Shown piece by piece: positions 19,014-24,778 of a stretch of 64,000 nt of DNA. The stretch is from a virus, in the IMG/VR virus record IMGVR_UViG_3300028384_001071, positions 1-64,000 of that record; one strand, 5' to 3'. Below the pieces are notes generated by a model. That model searched no databases and had not been told where the DNA came from. It was given only the letters and a program-made list of their open reading frames with translations. The first letter of the stretch is position 1. Each line of letters starts with the position of its first letter. Both the position numbers and the translations under genes were made by a program.

Positions 19014-19304
19014 TTAGTCGTTTCTGAACTTAAGATAAGACTCAAGAACTTCCCGAGCCATCGCATAATCATTCCCTGCAAGAATGACCAATCTCTCAGC
19101 GGCATCGAATAAGGCCAGCACATTGCTGGCCTCAGACTCACGATCCTTCATTGTTAGCAGGAACTCCTGCACCGAGCCGCCCTCACTCACAATATGCGAA
19201 CGTAGGGCTTTGGCCTCAGCCAGTGGACACTGGCATTGTCGCATGATTTCCGCCAACTCCAAGGGTTCGTAGTTGACGTCGATCTCATCAGTAGATTTGG
19301 ACAT
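19014..19304 (-). CDS. Early protein, paralog of 18673-18942
   Basis: AGGAGG RBS; shared motifs. Confidence 0.7.
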   Translation of the reverse strand: MSKSTDEIDVNYEPLELAEIMRQCQCPLAEAKALRSHIVSEGGSVQEFLLTMKDRESEASNVLALFDAAERLVILAGNDYAMAREVLESYLKFRND

Positions 19305-19373
19305 ATAGCGTCCTCCTGTCTAGACAGTCAATCGAACCAGAACTGCCAATCACAGGCACCCGCGAATTGGGAA

Positions 19374-19808
19374 TTATTCGGGTAGGTTAATCACTTTGAC
19401 CGCACCTAAGCCTTGCAACTTTCGATCGTTGAAGGCTTGAGATGTGTCAGGGTTCATGAATGACCCATGAACCTTGAGGGCACCGCTGGTCGTTGTTACG
19501 ACAGCGTACATTGGCTGATCTGTACGGCTCACGACGAGCCGACCATCCTCACGATAGAGGACAGTTCCAACCGCACGTGAACCCTGCCAGATGATGAAGC
19601 ATTCGACTTTATGCTCCTGAGCATTGAAAGCGTTGAGAGCCTGACGCAGTGCGTCTTCGAATGTCTCGAATTCAGCCCGAATGTTCAGGCTGTCGATTAG
19701 TCCAGACATCCCATCTAATAGGCCGGCAATCGGGTCAAGTGACCCGACCGAACCGTACGTTTTCTGAGTGGCAGCGGTCACGGTGTATTTGATGCGTTCT
19801 GAAATCAT
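19374..19808 (-). CDS. Hypothetical early protein
   Basis: GAGGTG RBS; enclosed by a 25-bp stem. Confidence 0.7.
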   Translation of the reverse strand: MISERIKYTVTAATQKTYGSVGSLDPIAGLLDGMSGLIDSLNIRAEFETFEDALRQALNAFNAQEHKVECFIIWQGSRAVGTVLYREDGRLVVSRTDQPMYAVVTTTSGALKVHGSFMNPDTSQAFNDRKLQGLGAVKVINLPE

Positions 19809-19849
19809 AGACACCTCGCGTTTCTAGCGGGTGCCCATGATTGGCAGTT

Positions 19850-20064
19850 CTGCCTATATCGAGCGTCGATTTCGATGTTGTCGAGTGTCGACTTGCGAAA
19901 TCTCGTGTTTAGGCTCTCGGCTGTAGGCTGGTTTGACCCTCAATGGGCATCTCAGAGAAGACGATTCCAGCCCTAAATGAGCCGAAATCACTAAGAAACG
20001 CGGCATATCGGGACAAACCAAGCCTACATGACGAGGTGCCTACCACGTCCGCTCGACTGGGCAG
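19850..20064 (-). ncRNA. Structured non-coding element
   Basis: Nested inverted repeats 19850-19865/20050-20064 and 19922-19939/20010-20028; no ORF in the track. Confidence 0.4.
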
Positions 20065-20094
20065 GTCCGATGTAAATCACAGTACGGAGCTTAA

Positions 20095-20139
20095 ACCGCC
20101 GGGTGGGAATTGAACCCACCGATACGCCATGTCAGCGGT
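20095..20139 (-). ncRNA. Minimal tRNA-like element (acceptor stem plus T-arm, no anticodon arm)
   Basis: accgctg-acatggcgtatc-ggtggg-TTCAATT-cccacc-cggcggt. Confidence 0.55.
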
Positions 20140-20172
20140 AAGCCGGAGCCGAGAGCCGGGAGCCGAGCCTAG

Positions 20173-20517
20173 TTAAACCGCAGGTTCAATTGTGTACACC
20201 CCATCCTCCTCAACTACGCGATGCTTACCCATCAGTTGCGGGTCAAGCTGGTGACACGTCAACATCACGGCATTGAAAGCATCGCAAGCATCTTGCGAAC
20301 TCTGCACCCGATGAACAGTCGGCTCCCACTTCGAGGCACCGTGGTCATACGAGAACACAACCTGAATCCGCACTTCGGGATTCAGATCTGTACGAGCTTG
20401 CTGAAGACGACCAATCAGCTTGGTCATCTCCACACGTCGAGCATGTGGCATGTCCAACCGATTAGTAGCAATCAACATTTCGATAGCGTCAGTCACTACT
20501 TGCTGTAAGTCAGTCAT
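20173..20517 (-). CDS. Hypothetical early protein
   Basis: GAGGT RBS; enclosed by a 17-bp stem. Confidence 0.7.
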   Translation of the reverse strand: MTDLQQVVTDAIEMLIATNRLDMPHARRVEMTKLIGRLQQARTDLNPEVRIQVVFSYDHGASKWEPTVHRVQSSQDACDAFNAVMLTCHQLDPQLMGKHRVVEEDGVYTIEPAV

Positions 20518-20600
20518 AGGTACCTCATTTCTAAGGCTCCCATCTCTCGGCAGTACGGCACTTTCAGAGGAGTTCCCGGTGAAGGGAGCAGAGCTACTGA

Positions 20601-22091
20601 CTAAGCCGAGGCATCCGACGTATCGGGTGTCTCTGAGGAGGCGTCTACATCGCCAGTAACAGGGTCCGAGGCAGCGGCGGCTTCAGTCACAGCTTCTTGG
20701 AAGCTGCTCCAAAGTGTCCGCTGTGTTTCCTCTTCCAGGTCACCGAGAGATGCAAATGTCATCTCGATTTGCTGGTACGTAACATCATCGACGCCGATCA
20801 GGTACTGACAAGCGGGAGCACGGGTAACCGTCTCCGTGAGCTTGGTAGCATCGTCCTGATCGACCGCTTGCATCGCGAGCTTGACGAACGGATTGGCGTG
20901 AGTGTCGGCCATCGAGTTGATGGAGTCACGCTCCATCTGCTTCGACCGCGTCTTCTTGCCAGTCAGTTGTCGCTCGATCCACGCGTTCATAATGTCAGGC
21001 GTCGGCCGAACCATTTCCGGCTTCGGCGGATTCAAGCCCGTACGACGAGTATTCTCGTCGTTGAACTTTCGATCAGTTTCGCACATGTTGCCCATTGGAT
21101 AGATGAAGTCGGGGTGGCCAATGACCGTGCCCTGACCTTGGAAGGCGTACTGGTTGAACGAGGTCCACGGAAGGTGGTCCGGGTTCGGGTACGACTTGCC
21201 GTCATCGTCCTTGAGCGTGGCGGGTTGCTGGATACGCTCGGCGAACCGAATAGCAGCCCACGCGTCTCGCTCTTCCTTGGATAGCGACCCGTCCGCTGCC
21301 CTTTGTCGAGCATAGATGTCGACCTTGGAAGCGAAGTAGAATCGCAGCCCCTTGGTTGAGCCACCAAGCTCCCGGCGGACCTGCGTTTGAGACTTGCCAT
21401 AGTTCTCAACGAGATCGAGAACCGTAGCGAGCGTCTCACCCGCAGCCATCTGCTTGAAGCCTGCATCCTTACCGTGATTCTCACGGAGTTGAGCCATCCG
21501 ACGTGAAGCCACATCGAGATAACGCTTCTCCTTGTTGTGAGGCACGATTGCATGGATATGCGTGGGAATCTTGTCAGCGACCTGCTCCGGCTGGAGCTTC
21601 GGGTCACCGGCAGCATTGACCGCGTTAAGGTAGTTCATGACACAAGCGTCAAGCACGACCGAAGCACGACGATTCGCCGTGACCCCAACGTACTTGGGCT
21701 TCTTGAACTTGACCTTGCCGTCACCCCCAATCGACTCGATGTAGAGCCATTCGAAGGTGGCGACCGCAGCCTGTGCGTATTCCAGCCCAGGAATACGAAC
21801 CGTCTTGCCATCGCGGGTGATCGGCACAGCGTCCAACTTGTCCTCGGTTTTGAGGATCGAGTTGAGCCGGTTCCATTCGTTCTGGCGAAGCTCCAAGATA
21901 CGAGCGACCTCGTCCTTGTTTGCCAGTTCGACGATTGCCGGATGCTGAGCATCCCATCCCGGTGCGATCTGGTCACGGATTTCGCGAAGCTGAGCCGCTG
22001 AACCGTAGTCCACGCGGATGTTGCGAGCAGGGTCGTGACCGACGAGAGCGAACTCGTTGCATTTCGGTTCAGGAGTTGTTGGTACTGTCAT
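20601..22091 (-). CDS. Large ParB-like protein (ParB/Srx-like domain plus HTH)
   Basis: RNIRVDYG..LREI...I..GW...P; YVGVTANRR (GxRR-like); AQLRENH; E.LA...L...YGKSQTQVRRELG; AAGGA RBS at ATG 22091. Confidence 0.55.
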   Translation of the reverse strand: MTVPTTPEPKCNEFALVGHDPARNIRVDYGSAAQLREIRDQIAPGWDAQHPAIVELANKDEVARILELRQNEWNRLNSILKTEDKLDAVPITRDGKTVRIPGLEYAQAAVATFEWLYIESIGGDGKVKFKKPKYVGVTANRRASVVLDACVMNYLNAVNAAGDPKLQPEQVADKIPTHIHAIVPHNKEKRYLDVASRRMAQLRENHGKDAGFKQMAAGETLATVLDLVENYGKSQTQVRRELGGSTKGLRFYFASKVDIYARQRAADGSLSKEERDAWAAIRFAERIQQPATLKDDDGKSYPNPDHLPWTSFNQYAFQGQGTVIGHPDFIYPMGNMCETDRKFNDENTRRTGLNPPKPEMVRPTPDIMNAWIERQLTGKKTRSKQMERDSINSMADTHANPFVKLAMQAVDQDDATKLTETVTRAPACQYLIGVDDVTYQQIEMTFASLGDLEEETQRTLWSSFQEAVTEAAAASDPVTGDVDASSETPDTSDASA

Positions 22092-22380
22092 CAGAGTGTC
22101 CTTTCGGGACGTGCTGACAAGCACCAGTAGCCGAGAGCCGAGTAGTTGTACCGCCGTCGTCAAATCCGCCGCTAGGGCTTGCACAACGCGAGGCCGAGTA
22201 GAGTGTGTGTCGATGCTAAGATCGACCGAGCTTCGAGAACCAAGACTAGGCTCCCGACTACCAGTGCCTGCCAGCAGGGTTTCGGAAGATGCGACTCGAC
22301 GTTGAGCCGCAAGGATACCGGGAACCCCTCTGGAAGCACCGTACTGCTATCAAGAGGATCATTTCGAGGCACCGCGTTGA

Positions 22381-22755
22381 TCAGATAGCCTTGCCATACT
22401 TAGCAAGGAACGCGAGCATTTCCTGCCGGGTTTGCGTGTACCGTACCTTCACTTTCCGCGTAGTGTTATGGTGGAAGGTAGTCCGTACTGGACCGGCGAA
22501 GTCTTGGTGCATCCGCACCGGGTGGCGATTCGTGCCCGTGTGATTGTGCAGCATGAACCGCGTACGTCGGTGGGTTTCCACCGGAATCGTACGCTCTTCG
22601 TTGCGTGCCCAACCTTCGGCACATTCGTACCACGATTTCGTGTCGAATAGCGTACCGTTGCGGTAGTAGTAGATATCGAGATACCTGCGACCCCACACGA
22701 AACGCTGGTCGATTGTTATCGTCAACTTACGTCGTGAGCGTTTGGATCGTTTCAT
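22381..22755 (-). CDS. Basic early protein
   Basis: GAGGTG RBS; Arg/Lys-rich N-terminus. Confidence 0.65.
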   Translation of the reverse strand: MKRSKRSRRKLTITIDQRFVWGRRYLDIYYYRNGTLFDTKSWYECAEGWARNEERTIPVETHRRTRFMLHNHTGTNRHPVRMHQDFAGPVRTTFHHNTTRKVKVRYTQTRQEMLAFLAKYGKAI

Positions 22756-22810
22756 TGCACACCTCAATTCTATCGGTGTGCAGTACCTCACCCCTTGCGG
22801 GGCTTAGCGG

Positions 22811-22897
22811 CTAGAATGGCCACCACCATCGGCGGGACCGAGCCAAGCGTCGAAGAGCAGGTTGTTCAACAGTGCGAACCCAGTTCTCGAAAGTCAT
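22811..22897 (-). CDS. 28-aa Arg/Trp-rich peptide, first ORF of the early operon (not in the ORF track)
   Basis: GAGGT RBS; MTFENWVRTVEQPALRRLARSRRWWWPF; enclosed by a 27-bp stem. Confidence 0.65.
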   Translation of the reverse strand: MTFENWVRTVEQPALRRLARSRRWWWPF

Positions 22898-22940
22898 AGC
22901 GTACCTCATTCATTGCAAGGAATAGGGTACTGCACACCGA

Positions 22941-23645
22941 TTCGGGATTGCCCGGCCCTTGAATCTATCCCCAGCCGGCCCACACTTCTGTTGGTACGTT
23001 GGAACCCACCTGTCCGGATTGTCAGGCTGCCGGGACAAGTCAACCGGGATTCCTGAACTCAGGTAAAGAACACGGGGAACCCGTACGGCTAAGCAGGGAG
23101 CACTCCGGAGAGTGCATCAGGCTGGCGGTTATTAGCTGGCCAGCGTGCTCGCACGAGGGATAGATTCAAGAGCCGGGGCGGTGCCCCGAAAAGATCCTCT
23201 TGATTATTTGCATCGGTGGTTATTTGCCTACTCACGCCGCAATGGATACCACCAAACCTGCTGCCCTTGCGTGAGTTGCTAGCCTTAAACCTTTCACGTG
23301 AGGAACCTGATACCCGCATGCATCATTGATCGGATGCACCGGTAGCCGGGACGGCACGCTAGTAGCTTTATAGTTGACTAGCTCGTGGATCACAGTACGG
23401 ATCTTGCGTATTCGTGCGCCCGTAAGGGTTTCGAGATACGCGACAACGCGAACCGTGAGACGATTATGTAAGCCGCTTGCCTGAGTGCGTACGGATTCTA
23501 TCCGCACTGAGGGAAACTGGTGTAATCCCTCCAGAGGCAGTTGCAGCGTGTACGTCTAGCCCATAACCAGCCGGGTTACGACGCACGCCAACATCAGATT
23601 GTACCGGGAGCGTACCTTTCACATAAGGGAACGAACAACACGCAA
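22941..23645 (-). ncRNA. About 700-nt structured leader or large ncRNA
   Basis: No SD-led ORF seen; 21-bp stem 23157-23177/22951-22971 and many short hairpins. Confidence 0.5.
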
Positions 23646-23651
23646 TGTCAG

Positions 23652-23680
23652 ATTGTACGCGGAGACCCTCCGCGTGTCAA
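23652..23680 (-). promoter_or_regulatory. Sigma70-type early promoter
   Basis: TTGACA-cgcggagggtctccgcg(17)-TACAAT. Confidence 0.85.
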
Positions 23681-23847
23681 CCCCGTTGACGCGGAATTTC
23701 GAAAATGGCGGAACATCGGTCACGCCGTCACCGATAGGTGAACACCCGTCGACCGAGTCCCCGTTTCCGGTTTCCCGCGTCACCCGCAGGCGACACCCTA
23801 GTATACAAACCCCCTATTTTAACACTGTTGGTGAACATTCGCTCAAA

Positions 23848-23894
23848 CCACAATATGTTGTGTCAAAACGAATGTTCACCACTATATGTTGTGG
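23848..23894. promoter_or_regulatory. Tandem NrdR-box-like sites
   Basis: ccacaatatgttgtgt (23848) and ccactatatgttgtgg (23879), 31 bp apart. Confidence 0.65.
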
Positions 23895-23964
23895 TCGAAA
23901 TTATTCTAAGATTTTACTGGACATGCCTGGTATACGAGAATGTCGTCATAAAGATTCACGAAAA

Positions 23965-24245
23965 TAATCACCTTGACGACACATGTCATAATGGCAGTCG
24001 TCATTCCGAGGACATCTGTCAAGATGGCAGTATCATATTGATCACACTGCCATTATGACATGTCATAATGGCAGGTGGCATAGTCACTGTGACACTGTCA
24101 CAATGGCAGTTGTCGTCACTTTGAGTACACTGCCACAATGGCAGTCATCACAATGACGACAGCCATAATGGCAGGTGTAGTCATAATGAGGACAGGGTGG
24201 GTCAAATTGACCTGTCAAAATGGCAGTGTTGTCAGTATGATACAA
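23965..24245. repeat. Array of about 17 short dyads (YCA-N3-TGR; best copies TGTCAnAATGGCAG)
   Basis: Copies near 23984, 24017, 24048, 24061, 24096, 24131, 24161, 24213, with weaker copies in between. Confidence 0.8.
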
Positions 24246-24460
24246 CGCCCCATCGACTCTGAATTATACGGAATTTCCGCAGGCCGTTTCGCGGAGCGGT
24301 GAGGCTCTCGGCTCCCATCTCAAGGGCCGTGACTCTTAACCTGCGACTCTCGGCTCCCATCTCAGGGAGGGTGGGTCAAATGGAGCGAGGAAGCATCGAA
24401 GCGTAGAAGCAAGTAAGCGAAGTCCGCAGAGCGAATATCTCTAAGAATCAAGAGCCGAGA

Positions 24461-24636
24461 GCCTGTAGCACATCAAATACACCCAATCCGCGGAAGCCTG
24501 TAGTACATCAAATACACCCAATCCGCGGAAGCCTGTGGGTGGGTCAAATACACCCAATCCGCGGAAGCCTGTAGCACATCGTAGGCACCCAATCCGCGGA
24601 AAGCCATACTACACCATCCATACCCAATCCGCGGAA
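24461..24636 (+). repeat. Five iteron-like direct repeats, about 35-bp period
   Basis: Invariant ACCCAATCCGCGGAA at 24481, 24516, 24552, 24587, 24622. Confidence 0.9.
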
Positions 24637-24778
24637 ACGGTGGCTGGGCGTATTCCGATGTGGCAAGAATCTGTGCAATTATTTCTGAGACTTAGTCTAG
24701 TATACTATAGAGGGAGTAGTGGAGTCACCCACCTGGGCGAACCCGATGTGGATTCCGTACAGCCATCGAGAGGTCAAT

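Noticed and set aside
17535-22941. Integron cassettes or IS terminal inverted repeats as the explanation for the gene-flanking arms
   Set aside because: There are no GTTRRRY attC cores, no transposase or integrase, and no target duplications. The arms differ per gene and show a G-U bias on the sense strand with anti-SD overlap. An ssDNA role cannot be fully excluded.
23105-23125. Hammerhead ribozyme core (CUGAUG)
   Set aside because: The core reads CUGAUGC rather than CUGANGA, and no matching GAAA/stem arrangement was found.
23089-24058. ORF-track ORFs in the leader and control region (23089, 23232, 23541, 23599, 23738) and 24535-24921
   Set aside because: They lack SD sequences, overlap the promoter, operators or repeats, and have no protein-like motifs.
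24461-24636. CRISPR array
   Set aside because: The constant part is only 15 bp, the intervening sequences resemble each other, the period is 35 bp, and there are no cas genes. It fits iterons better.
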